DNA from: a virus
Lineage: Duplodnaviria; Caudoviricetes
DNA length: 33,772 nucleotides
Virus record (IMG/VR): IMGVR_UViG_3300017716_002486
Span: 1 to 33,772 of that record
Strand: one strand, 5' to 3'
The position numbers and the translations under genes were made by a program. The first letter of the stretch is position 1. The number at the start of each line of letters is the position of its first letter. Positions 15,591-24,963 of this stretch are shown here, piece by piece. The notes under the pieces were generated by a model, which searched no databases, was not told where the DNA came from, and was given only the letters and a program-made list of their open reading frames with translations.

Positions 15591-17114
15591 TCAATTAATA
15601 CGAATATATTGATTCAGAATAGTATCTTTAGCATTCAATAATTCAATTATCATATTTGGGGTAACATTCTTATCTCCATACGGGCCCTCATCAGGCTTTT
15701 CATTTGGGTTATGTACGTGACTAATTAAAAAATCCACTATAAGACCAATTAACTTCATTAACTCATCACCTCTGACCATAGGGTCGGTTCTAGTCCCAAT
15801 AAGGTCTAATTCGTTCTGTGTTAAAGTCGTAATACTATTATTAAGATTAATTGGTTTCCTACTTGGTACAGTTGTTTTATGACTAATTAAATAAAGTGTA
15901 TCACCCCCAATTGTAACGTATGTATCATTAACTTTTGTGGTTATTTTATCCTGTACTTTTTCAATTTTAGGTTTTGGTATTGAAACAACATTATTTGGTG
16001 AATAGATTATGGATGAACCTTTTTTTGTAAAATAAGTTACGTTATTTCTAAAAAAATCAGAATTAGTACTAATAATAACATCAGTACTTCTAATACCTTG
16101 TGATATTTTTGGGCCATAACAGAAGAATCCTGGAAATCTTGGTTCTGTGAGTGGGTAATTATAAGCCGGTGGCATATTAACAAGACCTAATTCATTAAAA
16201 CATTTACTAATAAATGTGTTAATTACAGTTACGGCTGACAATTTAGGTAATGCATTAAATGTGTATACAAATAAAGGCGAATTACCTAACGAGTTTGTTA
16301 AATCAGTATCCTCACTTAAATTGTTAGATAATGTACTATCGTTTTCTTTTAAATCGTAAATTTTAATACTACCCGAATAATTAAATTCACTTTCTAAATT
16401 ATCAATGTCATATACTACATATTTTTTAACAGGTATTGAATCTTGCTGGAGATAAAAATAGGTGTACGGGTCTCCAATATCCTGTGTCTTCTCTTTCCAT
16501 CTTGAAAGGTCAATAAATGCTCTATTTGGGTTTTTTGTTGGTATAGTATTAGGTACGAATTCAATTACTTTACCTGCTCTCAACAATAAAGATTCTTCTC
16601 CTAAAATAATATCAGCACTTCCTCGTCCCATTACTGCAACCTCATTTGTTTTAGGAAACACCCCATCAATTTTAGGATTAATTAACTTTGGGTTACCTGA
16701 TTCAAGAACATTACCAATAACGTTAGATTTGGGTCCTACTAATGATTTTGCATCCGCAATATTGTCACCTAAATTAGTATTAGATAATGTTTGTAAATAT
16801 GTTTCTTTGTTAATGTTTAATATATTGGATGGTGAACTACTAATCCAATACTGGTCGTTGAAATTCGTGTTATCGGGATTTGAATAAATTAATAAAACTC
16901 TTTCATCTTTCTTTGGAGCTTGATTAAAGTAAATTGGTAAAAATGATACAAAAATATATGGGTCATTTTTACCCCATTCAGTAAATGATGTACTATCAAG
17001 AGCGTCCTCATCAATATCAAAAGGACGAGCTCGTATTTTAAGAGTACCAGGTTGTGGAGCTCCTTCAACCGCCAAGATAACACCTTCTCTTATAAATCTT
17101 TTACTTGTTACCAT
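15591..17114 (-). CDS. Probable baseplate hub/central spike (gp5/Gp138-like)
   Basis: N-terminal OB-fold-like segment (GTLKIRA...FLP....PKKDERVLLI), GRGSADIIL beta segment, C-terminal VRGDEL...LISHVH with an HxH spike-tip motif. Confidence 0.6.
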   Translation of the reverse strand: MVTSKRFIREGVILAVEGAPQPGTLKIRARPFDIDEDALDSTSFTEWGKNDPYIFVSFLPIYFNQAPKKDERVLLIYSNPDNTNFNDQYWISSSPSNILNINKETYLQTLSNTNLGDNIADAKSLVGPKSNVIGNVLESGNPKLINPKIDGVFPKTNEVAVMGRGSADIILGEESLLLRAGKVIEFVPNTIPTKNPNRAFIDLSRWKEKTQDIGDPYTYFYLQQDSIPVKKYVVYDIDNLESEFNYSGSIKIYDLKENDSTLSNNLSEDTDLTNSLGNSPLFVYTFNALPKLSAVTVINTFISKCFNELGLVNMPPAYNYPLTEPRFPGFFCYGPKISQGIRSTDVIISTNSDFFRNNVTYFTKKGSSIIYSPNNVVSIPKPKIEKVQDKITTKVNDTYVTIGGDTLYLISHKTTVPSRKPINLNNSITTLTQNELDLIGTRTDPMVRGDELMKLIGLIVDFLISHVHNPNEKPDEGPYGDKNVTPNMIIELLNAKDTILNQYIRIN

Positions 17115-17319
17115 TTCTATTTTCGTATTCTTCTAAAATTAAATTATATACTTTTTCTACCTCATCAAAATGGTGAGATAGTTTAATAATTGCTTGTTTA
17201 GTTGCTTCAAAATTTTCAGTTAAAAACTGCAAAGCCGACTCAAGTTCCTTGTTACTTTTATTTTTATAATCTTTGATAGTTTCAAAGACTTTTTCCGATG
17301 TTTTATCTGTCTGTATCAT
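17101..17319 (-). CDS. Small coiled-coil hypothetical protein
   Basis: 72-aa helical ORF overlapping the spike-like gene start. Confidence 0.7.
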   Translation of the reverse strand: MIQTDKTSEKVFETIKDYKNKSNKELESALQFLTENFEATKQAIIKLSHHFDEVEKVYNLILEEYENRNGNK

Positions 17320-17322
17320 ATA

Positions 17323-19281
17323 TTAAAATTTCTTACCAAAAGCTGATTGAGGGATAGTTGTTCCACCACCAAAGGCGGCAACCGCCAATGCAGGTACGGC
17401 AATTTGAACTTTACCATTTTCAGCCTCCTCCATAGCCATTGCTTTCATTTGTGCCAATTTCCCAAGTACAAATTTATTTGGAGCTCCACTTGGAAGGTTA
17501 CCTGTTGGAATCCCTAACTTTTGCATTTCTTCAACTGTAGCTAAAAAAGCCCTTGTATATGAATACCCATCTAACGCTTGTGACGCAAATAATAAAGGTA
17601 ATGGTATTTCACCACCCCATCCGGACGTTAAAACTCTAAATAAATTTAATAACTCATCAATAACTGATTTGCATTGTCGGTAGTCTTTAATAAAATTAGC
17701 GACAATAATTAAAAGTTGTACTAACTTAGCAATCATTGCGTATTTTTTAGTAGCCTTTTCTTTGGCCAAATCTTTAACAATAACTTGTAATAAATTAAAA
17801 ATATCTTTTTTAATTAAATCAAATAAAACTTTAACAAAAATTGCAACAATTTTAGAAGTAATACTGATTACATATCTTTTAAACTTATTAAAAAAATCTT
17901 GAACATTATCTATAGTATAATCAATATTTTCACTAACTGATTGAGATAATGATTTAATCATTATCATTATTGGTAACAATACTTTAGGTGATAAAATAGA
18001 CATTACAAGTCCGTTTGGTAAATTTTTTATAAATTCATTATTTAGATTTAATTTAAATGATGGAAGGTTGAGATTTAAATTAAATTCTTTTTGAGCATTT
18101 GATAAAACTTTATCTACCAATCCATTTATTGCGTCATTTTCTTCAGATATTGTTGTACCACTAATAATTTGGTCTAATCCTTCAAAAATTAAATCAGTAT
18201 TTATAGGTAATTGAAAATTATCACAATCAACTAATTCTACAACTTTTTTGTTATATTTGTTTTGTTGTTCCTCAATATCCCTTAAATTTAAACTTGTTAA
18301 TTCAAAAAAGTTTTCATCAATCCCGTCTAATTCAGGTATTTTTGAAGAACCTTGAGTGTCAATTTCTTGGGTTGAATCAAAACATAATCCTAAAATACGA
18401 TTCATAAATTTTTGAATCTTGGTATTTGCTTCTAAAGATTTTGTACCTGCTTCTACAGATAATGCACCTGTCAAAATATCCATTATTTTGGCTGAATATA
18501 AATGAGGCTCAACTACCTCAATACTATTAAAATAATCGGTAACAAAATCAACAACTTTATTTGGTACGTTATTTATACCGTTAGAAGATAATCTTTGGTT
18601 TAATTCAATCTTAAAAAAACTACCCTGATTACCGTTATTATCTTGATTCACAAATGTTATGTTAAATAAATTTTGACCTGAACCACCTTGATATAATAAT
18701 CCTTGATTACTGGGGTCGGTTGAAAATGGTTGGTTAGGATTTTGAGTTCTTTTATATAATTCTCTGTTTAAACTTTTTCGGGTATCATTAACTGAAAATG
18801 GTTTTTTTTCATAATAAAATTTTCCTTTGTTTCCACTAGGATTAATTTGTAATTGTTTGAAAAAATCTATGGAATTAATATTAACATATATTGGATTATT
18901 TGGAACAAACTCCTGTTGGGAAGAACAATTTATTGCGTGGATAGTTTCCTGAATTATAATTTTCATTATTTCAGGTTTACTTTTAGATATTGCGGAAATA
19001 AATTTGTCTTTAAAATATTTTGAAGTATTAGACCCTGAACCATTTGTAAGTGATGTGATATCAAATAGTTGAGATAATTGTGACTTTGTATCTTGTTTGA
19101 TACGTTGAGCGTTTTGTTTAAATTCCTCTAACGTCGCCTTTCCCTTGTCTAATGCAGATTCTAAATTATCCCCTTGATTTTTAAGTTGATTTACTTGAGC
19201 AACTTTTGCCTCGGTATAAGTTTTTGCCCCACCAATTTTAGTCTTTAACGTTTCATAACTATTTTTTAAATCAATAGACAT
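17323..19281 (-). CDS. Large hypothetical protein (possibly structural)
   Basis: 652-aa uninterrupted ORF in the same operon; no family recognised. Confidence 0.75.
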   Translation of the reverse strand: MSIDLKNSYETLKTKIGGAKTYTEAKVAQVNQLKNQGDNLESALDKGKATLEEFKQNAQRIKQDTKSQLSQLFDITSLTNGSGSNTSKYFKDKFISAISKSKPEIMKIIIQETIHAINCSSQQEFVPNNPIYVNINSIDFFKQLQINPSGNKGKFYYEKKPFSVNDTRKSLNRELYKRTQNPNQPFSTDPSNQGLLYQGGSGQNLFNITFVNQDNNGNQGSFFKIELNQRLSSNGINNVPNKVVDFVTDYFNSIEVVEPHLYSAKIMDILTGALSVEAGTKSLEANTKIQKFMNRILGLCFDSTQEIDTQGSSKIPELDGIDENFFELTSLNLRDIEEQQNKYNKKVVELVDCDNFQLPINTDLIFEGLDQIISGTTISEENDAINGLVDKVLSNAQKEFNLNLNLPSFKLNLNNEFIKNLPNGLVMSILSPKVLLPIMIMIKSLSQSVSENIDYTIDNVQDFFNKFKRYVISITSKIVAIFVKVLFDLIKKDIFNLLQVIVKDLAKEKATKKYAMIAKLVQLLIIVANFIKDYRQCKSVIDELLNLFRVLTSGWGGEIPLPLLFASQALDGYSYTRAFLATVEEMQKLGIPTGNLPSGAPNKFVLGKLAQMKAMAMEEAENGKVQIAVPALAVAAFGGGTTIPQSAFGKKF

Positions 19282-19283
19282 TG

Positions 19284-19646
19284 TTATAGTGACAATTTAA
19301 TATTATTATCAGAATCAATATCTTTGTCAATTAAACCTTTTAATACATCATCATCAAATTCAGACAAATTAAATGAATCCGTTTGAGAACTCTTTTCCCA
19401 TATATTTGCTTGTAATTTTGACAATGAAATTTTCTTCTCAACACATTCGTTGATTATCTTTTGTTGTTTTTCAATAACAGGACCTATTAAAGTCATATCT
19501 TCAGGTTCCTTCATCATTGAAACCATTTTGTTTTGAATTCTTAATGCTGTAGACCTTTGTTCAACTAATTCGTTGTATATTTCTTGCATAAGAACTTGAA
19601 TTGATTCCTTTGTAAAATTAATTTCTTTTTTTCTGGGTTTTGTCAT
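19284..19646 (-). CDS. Hypothetical coiled-coil protein (start MTKPRKK)
   Basis: ATG at 19646 lies 4 nt after a minus-strand TATTTAT (19651-19657) and avoids overlap with the upstream gene. Confidence 0.7.
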   Translation of the reverse strand: MTKPRKKEINFTKESIQVLMQEIYNELVEQRSTALRIQNKMVSMMKEPEDMTLIGPVIEKQQKIINECVEKKISLSKLQANIWEKSSQTDSFNLSEFDDDVLKGLIDKDIDSDNNIKLSL

Positions 19647-19674
19647 ACTAATAAATATAAAATCTACAGTTTTA

Positions 19675-20421
19675 TCAATCCTCAATTGTCTTAATTAAGT
19701 TCTCATATAATATTTTATACTTTTTCATACTTGTTCTAATTTCTTTTGTTGAAAGATTAGTCATTTCTCGGAGTGAAAGGAGTATTAAATTTTTATTAAA
19801 TTTATTATTATCTGACGTTTGGAATATTAACTTATAGTTTTCCAAAATATCACATAATGCTAAACCTAGTTTGTGTTCATTAGAGGACTCATCAAAATCT
19901 GAAAGTTTACTTTTAACAACACCAAGTAAATCCATTAAAACATTTTTATTTTCGTCTTCTTCGTCTTCTAAATAATAAACCATTGAAGGGTTATTCTCTA
20001 AATCTGATGAAATGTCTTCATACGATATTTTACGGTTAGTTTCTTTTTGGTCTTTAAGAATCTGTCCCATTAAATAATTTTTACAGATTGTTCCAAAATA
20101 TGAATAAGCTTTCTTTTCTTTAGAAGGACTAAATTTTTCAATTTTAGTCATTAAAAAAGAATGAGTATCAGTATGAATTTCATTAAAATTCATATCTTTA
20201 CGATATAGTTTATATCTTCTAATAATAGAAGATATCATTTTGTCTAATGGATGTCTTAAATAGTCATTATAAATTTTATTCCTTTCATCGTAAGTGGAAG
20301 CAGTTAAGAACCTCCTAACCGCCAATTCTTCTCTTTGGTCAAAATAGTTTTCGCCAGGAGCTTTAACTTTTTTACCCGTCTGAATAACTATTTCTGTAGT
20401 ACCTGAATAATCATTATTCAT
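19675..20421 (-). CDS. Putative phage sigma factor (sigma70 region-2 / T4 gp55-like)
   Basis: ERNKIY...LDKMISSIIRRY...FLMTKIEKFSPSKEKKAYSYFGTICKNYL parallels sigma regions 2.1-2.4 (LxxAIEKFDPxKxxxFSTYAxxxIRN). Confidence 0.6.
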   Translation of the reverse strand: MNNDYSGTTEIVIQTGKKVKAPGENYFDQREELAVRRFLTASTYDERNKIYNDYLRHPLDKMISSIIRRYKLYRKDMNFNEIHTDTHSFLMTKIEKFSPSKEKKAYSYFGTICKNYLMGQILKDQKETNRKISYEDISSDLENNPSMVYYLEDEEDENKNVLMDLLGVVKSKLSDFDESSNEHKLGLALCDILENYKLIFQTSDNNKFNKNLILLSLREMTNLSTKEIRTSMKKYKILYENLIKTIED

Positions 20422-21227
20422 TAAACTGTTTCAGGTTCGTATTTTATGTTACGGTCTTCAACAAAGAAATATTCTTTCTTAGCTGAATTAATCCAAAACT
20501 TAACCTCATCTTCAGAAAGTGTTGTATCACCGTTTTTATAATTCCAAAAAATAGAACCTTGTCTTAAGTTAATATGTTTGTAACCTAATCTTGGAATTGA
20601 CATAATTTTAACTGAATTATAAGTTAATCTCAAAAATAACTCATATACAAACGTTAATTTTATTGATGGTTTAAACCCTCCAAAATCAACAAACGTATCT
20701 TTTTTAATTACCATACCTGATGTTTGGAAATTTTGATATGTATGTAAAGTTTCGTTGGTTAAATAACCCATTTCTTGACTGAAGTTAGCGGCAAATGTTG
20801 CTTCATTAGTAAATCCTGCAAATAATCCCTTGTCATCAATGTCTACTACAATTGGTAGGAAACAATCAACATCTGTGTAAACTTCAGAATATTTTTTAGC
20901 GTTTTTAAACCAAATTTTTGAGTATTCATCATCAAATTCTAAAATAGTTACCCATTTTGTTTTAGATTCCGCAACACCTAAATTAACTTGGTCACAGAAA
21001 TTGGGTTCTAAATCCCATTCAATCATTCTTACATTTAAATCTCCAAAATCAAACGATTTTAAAAATTCAATAAGACTAATTTCCGATGTGTGAATAATTA
21101 TTACTTCAGAAGGTTTAACTTCTTGGTTTTTAATTGACTGAATTGATTTTTCAAGAAAATCGTCAAAAAAAGGTACTACCGCAGATTTAATTGGTAGTAC
21201 AATTGTTAAATCAAAATTATTTTCCAT
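20421..21227 (-). CDS. Glycosyltransferase family 2 (GT-A fold)
   Basis: LTIVLP, SIQSIKNQ, EVIII, NLGVAESKTKWVTILEFDD, FGGF. Confidence 0.85.
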   Translation of the reverse strand: MENNFDLTIVLPIKSAVVPFFDDFLEKSIQSIKNQEVKPSEVIIIHTSEISLIEFLKSFDFGDLNVRMIEWDLEPNFCDQVNLGVAESKTKWVTILEFDDEYSKIWFKNAKKYSEVYTDVDCFLPIVVDIDDKGLFAGFTNEATFAANFSQEMGYLTNETLHTYQNFQTSGMVIKKDTFVDFGGFKPSIKLTFVYELFLRLTYNSVKIMSIPRLGYKHINLRQGSIFWNYKNGDTTLSEDEVKFWINSAKKEYFFVEDRNIKYEPETV

Positions 21228-22287
21228 AATGTTCTTCTATTTTAAATTTATTTAATTGTTGTGAAAAAGTATCAACTCTAAAAGTTAAATAAGATGTGAA
21301 TAAATCAACTACAGAAGTATTAAATTTCTCCAAATTTTGATATTTGGATGACGTATTTAAACCATCTTCGTATAATTTTTCAGAAATATTGTCTTCAACC
21401 CAATTTTGAATATAATCAGCAATCATATCAATTAATTTGTCACCATCTTTAGTCCAAATGCCGTTATTTTCATCCATCCAAGTTGGTTTAATATCTGGTA
21501 CTAACCCAACTACAGGACAATTAGATGCCATAGATTCAAGAGGAAATGTACCAAATGAACTTTGAGTGTCCATCCATACTGATAAACAAGACTCTTTTAA
21601 TGTATTTGAAAATTCTTCTTCAGTTTGAGAACGCATATCTTTAAATGTTATCCATCTAAATTGAGGGTATTTTAAATAAAACTTTTTAATTAAATTAATA
21701 CCATCTCTTTGTTCTCTTGAATGTACAGCAATTATTGGTTTTGCAGGATACTTTGAAACTGAAAACTTATCTGAAATTACAGGTTCAATAATATCATAAG
21801 ATACACCTTTCATAATTGGTGACACATAACCTTTTAACCATTCACTTGTAATAATTGATTTAGTGAATCCTAAAGTTGACCAACTTTGACCTGGTGATAA
21901 TGTTTCGGTAACCCAATCTCCTGATTGACATAATACAATTTTACCACAAGGTAAATTACTAACTTGAGGCATCATATAACCAAAAATATCAGGTACAATA
22001 ATAAAATCTTCAGGAGAAATTTGTAATTGTTGTCCTTCAATTGGGTTATGAGGTAATTCCATATATTCACTACCTAACCATTCCCCAACACCTGTATAAT
22101 CTTTTTGTTCGTGTAGGATAATTGAATTAAAACCGGCATTTTTTAAAGAAAGAGCCATTCGGTAAATGTATGAGACAGATGCCTTAGCATTACCTTTTGT
22201 GTCTTGTATAAAAAAATACAGTCTTGATTTTTTTTCTTTTAAGTTGTTAATTGATATTGACAACTTTTCAAAATTATTTTGTTCCAT
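21217..22287 (-). CDS. Glycosyltransferase, GT-B fold (GT4-like)
   Basis: C-terminal SSFGTFPLESMASNCPVVG donor-binding motif; DFIIVPD. Confidence 0.8.
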   Translation of the reverse strand: MEQNNFEKLSISINNLKEKKSRLYFFIQDTKGNAKASVSYIYRMALSLKNAGFNSIILHEQKDYTGVGEWLGSEYMELPHNPIEGQQLQISPEDFIIVPDIFGYMMPQVSNLPCGKIVLCQSGDWVTETLSPGQSWSTLGFTKSIITSEWLKGYVSPIMKGVSYDIIEPVISDKFSVSKYPAKPIIAVHSREQRDGINLIKKFYLKYPQFRWITFKDMRSQTEEEFSNTLKESCLSVWMDTQSSFGTFPLESMASNCPVVGLVPDIKPTWMDENNGIWTKDGDKLIDMIADYIQNWVEDNISEKLYEDGLNTSSKYQNLEKFNTSVVDLFTSYLTFRVDTFSQQLNKFKIEEHYGK

Positions 22288-22308
22288 TCTTATATAATTT
22301 ATTTTTTA

Positions 22309-22575
22309 TTAATATTTTTTTAAAACTCCGTTGTTTAATAATGTATTAAACGCTAATTTATAAGGAAGACTTACTGCAGTTTTTGGGCCTAAAGCTTCAT
22401 CAGCATCTTCACGTTCAGTAATTAAAACTTCAATCATTGTTTTTATCATTTCATATTTTACAACAGAAATGTGTTGTTCGGTTTTACCCGATTCATCGGT
22501 GGTTGGGGCTAAATTAACTTGGTCTTCTATTTCAGAAATGTCAAGATAATAGTGTTCGTTAAATAAGGTCAACAT
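22309..22575 (-). CDS. Hypothetical protein
   Basis: 88-aa ORF overlapping the upstream gene end. Confidence 0.7.
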   Translation of the reverse strand: MLTLFNEHYYLDISEIEDQVNLAPTTDESGKTEQHISVVKYEMIKTMIEVLITEREDADEALGPKTAVSLPYKLAFNTLLNNGVLKKY

Positions 22576-23227
22576 GCTTAATTTCCTCTATTTTGTTTAT
22601 TAGTTCTTTTAGTGTTACTATTTCGCTATTACACATTGTTCCCTCATTATATGTTGTTACATATTTTATACATTTTTCAGGATATAATTTAATTAAATCA
22701 GGATTCGCAGTAACAATTACATCATAGTCAGAAAGTTTATTTTGTAAATTGTTGTTATTGTAAAAAATAACCGAATCAATTACACACCCAAATTTTGAAA
22801 TGAAAAATAATGATGCAGGTTTTGATTTACTAAATTCTTTTGAAAAAATTGAAAATTCATATTTCCCTTTTGTTGATTCAATTATGTCATTTAAAACCAC
22901 AAATGAATTTAATTCCGTTGAAGGGGAATGTCCAAAAATTTGCATTGCAAAATCTTCATAAAGAAAATCATAAAAATCATCCTCATTTTGAAATTTAAAG
23001 TGTTCTATTAAATTTAAACTTGTTACAGGAAGGTCCATTTCATATTTAAAAGATTCTGACTGTTCATCTAATTCTGTATTTCCTGACATATCTAATGTAT
23101 ACGTCTTTATCCCATCACTATAGTCTTCAGAATATGCCTCAATGTAGTTCTTTTCATAAACTTGAGAAATCTTTAAGTTAATGTCCCTTAAAACTCCATT
23201 TAAATCAATGCCAATTTTATTTGTCAT
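22559..23227 (-). CDS. HAD-superfamily 5'(3')-deoxynucleotidase-like protein (degenerate motif)
   Basis: N-terminal KIGIDLNGVLRD resembles NT5C-type IxIDxDGVLxD. Confidence 0.6.
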   Translation of the reverse strand: MTNKIGIDLNGVLRDINLKISQVYEKNYIEAYSEDYSDGIKTYTLDMSGNTELDEQSESFKYEMDLPVTSLNLIEHFKFQNEDDFYDFLYEDFAMQIFGHSPSTELNSFVVLNDIIESTKGKYEFSIFSKEFSKSKPASLFFISKFGCVIDSVIFYNNNNLQNKLSDYDVIVTANPDLIKLYPEKCIKYVTTYNEGTMCNSEIVTLKELINKIEEIKHVDLI

Positions 23228-23954
23228 ATCTTTTTAAGATTTTTGAAATTAATGGATTTCTTACAATATCTTCATCACCAAATTTGTGAATTCCAATATC
23301 CGGAACATCTTTAAACTTTTCAATTGCATCAAACAAACCCGAATGTTCTTTATTTTTATATCTATCAGTTTGTTCAATATCACCTGAAATGAAAAATTTA
23401 CTATTAAACCCAATACGAGTTAAAAGTAATTTCATTTGTCCTGGTGATGAGTTTTGGGCCTCCTCAAAAATTAATATTGAGTTATCAATGTTCATACCTC
23501 TCATATATGCAAGAGCAAACACCTCAATTACCTCAATAGATTTTAATTTTTCCCTAATTTCTTTACCAATAATTTTATTTAAAAGGTAATAAGATGGGAA
23601 AATATACGGGTCCAATTTTTCTTCCAAATTGCCTGGCAATGAGCCTAATTTTTCTTCAGCTTCAACCGCAGGTCTTACAATGATAATTTTCTCATATGGT
23701 GTTCTTGAATCTTGTAATAAGTCTACCGCACATTTCATTGCAATATAACTTTTACCGACCCCCGCAGGTCCTGAACAAATTGTAATTTGATTTTCGGTTA
23801 ATTTATCGTAATATTCTTCTTGACCTTTAGATAAAAATTTATTTTTAGTTTTACTTTTTATGATTTGACCAATTTGTTCTTTTTTGCTAATTTTTGGTTT
23901 TGCCTCTGTTTGAAAAGTTTGAGGTTCTTTTATTGGTGGTTTTTTTCTAGTCAT
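23217..23954 (-). CDS. phoH: PhoH family ATPase
   Basis: GPAGVGKS Walker A, RPAVEAEEKLGSLPG, LAYMRG, EEAQN, LLTRIG, GDIEQTD, DIVRNPLI. Confidence 0.96.
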   Translation of the reverse strand: MTRKKPPIKEPQTFQTEAKPKISKKEQIGQIIKSKTKNKFLSKGQEEYYDKLTENQITICSGPAGVGKSYIAMKCAVDLLQDSRTPYEKIIIVRPAVEAEEKLGSLPGNLEEKLDPYIFPSYYLLNKIIGKEIREKLKSIEVIEVFALAYMRGMNIDNSILIFEEAQNSSPGQMKLLLTRIGFNSKFFISGDIEQTDRYKNKEHSGLFDAIEKFKDVPDIGIHKFGDEDIVRNPLISKILKRYDK

Positions 23955-23961
23955 TATTTAA

Positions 23962-24963
23962 TTAATATTTTTTATCTAAAATCATTTTACTGATTCTTAT
24001 TTGTTCATCCCAATGTTCAATCATTTCGTCCATTAACATTTCAAATGTATAATCAGGTTTCCATCCTAAAGTAGTTCTAATTTTTGTAGAATCACCTTTA
24101 AGGTATTTTAACTCTTCAGGTCTCAAGTATTTTGCGTCCTGAACAACATATTCAGTATAGTCTAAATTTAATTTTTTGAAAACATACTCAATCATCTCTT
24201 TAACCGAATGTGTAACCATTGTTGATACTACAAAATCTTCAGGGGTGTCGTGATTTAAAATAGCATGCATTGCTCTCACATAATCTTTAGAATGTCCCCA
24301 ATCTCGGTAAGAATCCATATTACCAATTTCTAACTTATCTTTTAATCCGTATTTAATTTCAACCGCAGTTTTAACTACTTTATTAGTTACAAAATTAGAA
24401 CCTCTTCTTGGTGATTCGTGATTAAATAAAATACCATTAACTGCGTGTAAATTATATGCTCTTCTATAATTTCTAACTAACGAATAGGCTAAAAGTTTAG
24501 AACATCCATATGGACTAACTGGATTCATCGGAGTAGTTTCTCTTTGGAATCCATCGTCATCAACGGAATTACCAAACATTTCAGATGAAGACGCTTGATA
24601 AAATTTAGCGTTTGGGCAACTTCTTTTATAAGCTTCTAAAATATTTAAAGTTCCCATACCATTTGTTTCCAAAGTAAATTCAGGTATGTCAAAACTAATT
24701 CTAACGTGTGATTGTGCCGCTAAATTGTAAATCTCATCTGGTTGTATTTTATCTAACAACTTTTGTAAACTACTTTGGTCTAACAAATCACCATAATAAG
24801 AATGAATTTTACTTTTAATACTATCCATTCTTGTTTGTTGATGTTCAGGTGTTGAATTTCTTCTAACAATTCCGTGAACTTCATATCCTAACTCTAAAAG
24901 ATATTCCGCCAAATAACTTCCGTCTTGTCCGGAGATTCCGGTTATAAATGCTTTTTTACTCAT
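23962..24963 (-). CDS. gmd: GDP-mannose 4,6-dehydratase (copy 1)
   Basis: ITGISGQDGSYLAE, YNLAAQSHV, YQASSSEMFG, SPYGCSK, NGILFNHESPRRG, RDWGH. Confidence 0.96.
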   Translation of the reverse strand: MSKKAFITGISGQDGSYLAEYLLELGYEVHGIVRRNSTPEHQQTRMDSIKSKIHSYYGDLLDQSSLQKLLDKIQPDEIYNLAAQSHVRISFDIPEFTLETNGMGTLNILEAYKRSCPNAKFYQASSSEMFGNSVDDDGFQRETTPMNPVSPYGCSKLLAYSLVRNYRRAYNLHAVNGILFNHESPRRGSNFVTNKVVKTAVEIKYGLKDKLEIGNMDSYRDWGHSKDYVRAMHAILNHDTPEDFVVSTMVTHSVKEMIEYVFKKLNLDYTEYVVQDAKYLRPEELKYLKGDSTKIRTTLGWKPDYTFEMLMDEMIEHWDEQIRISKMILDKKY

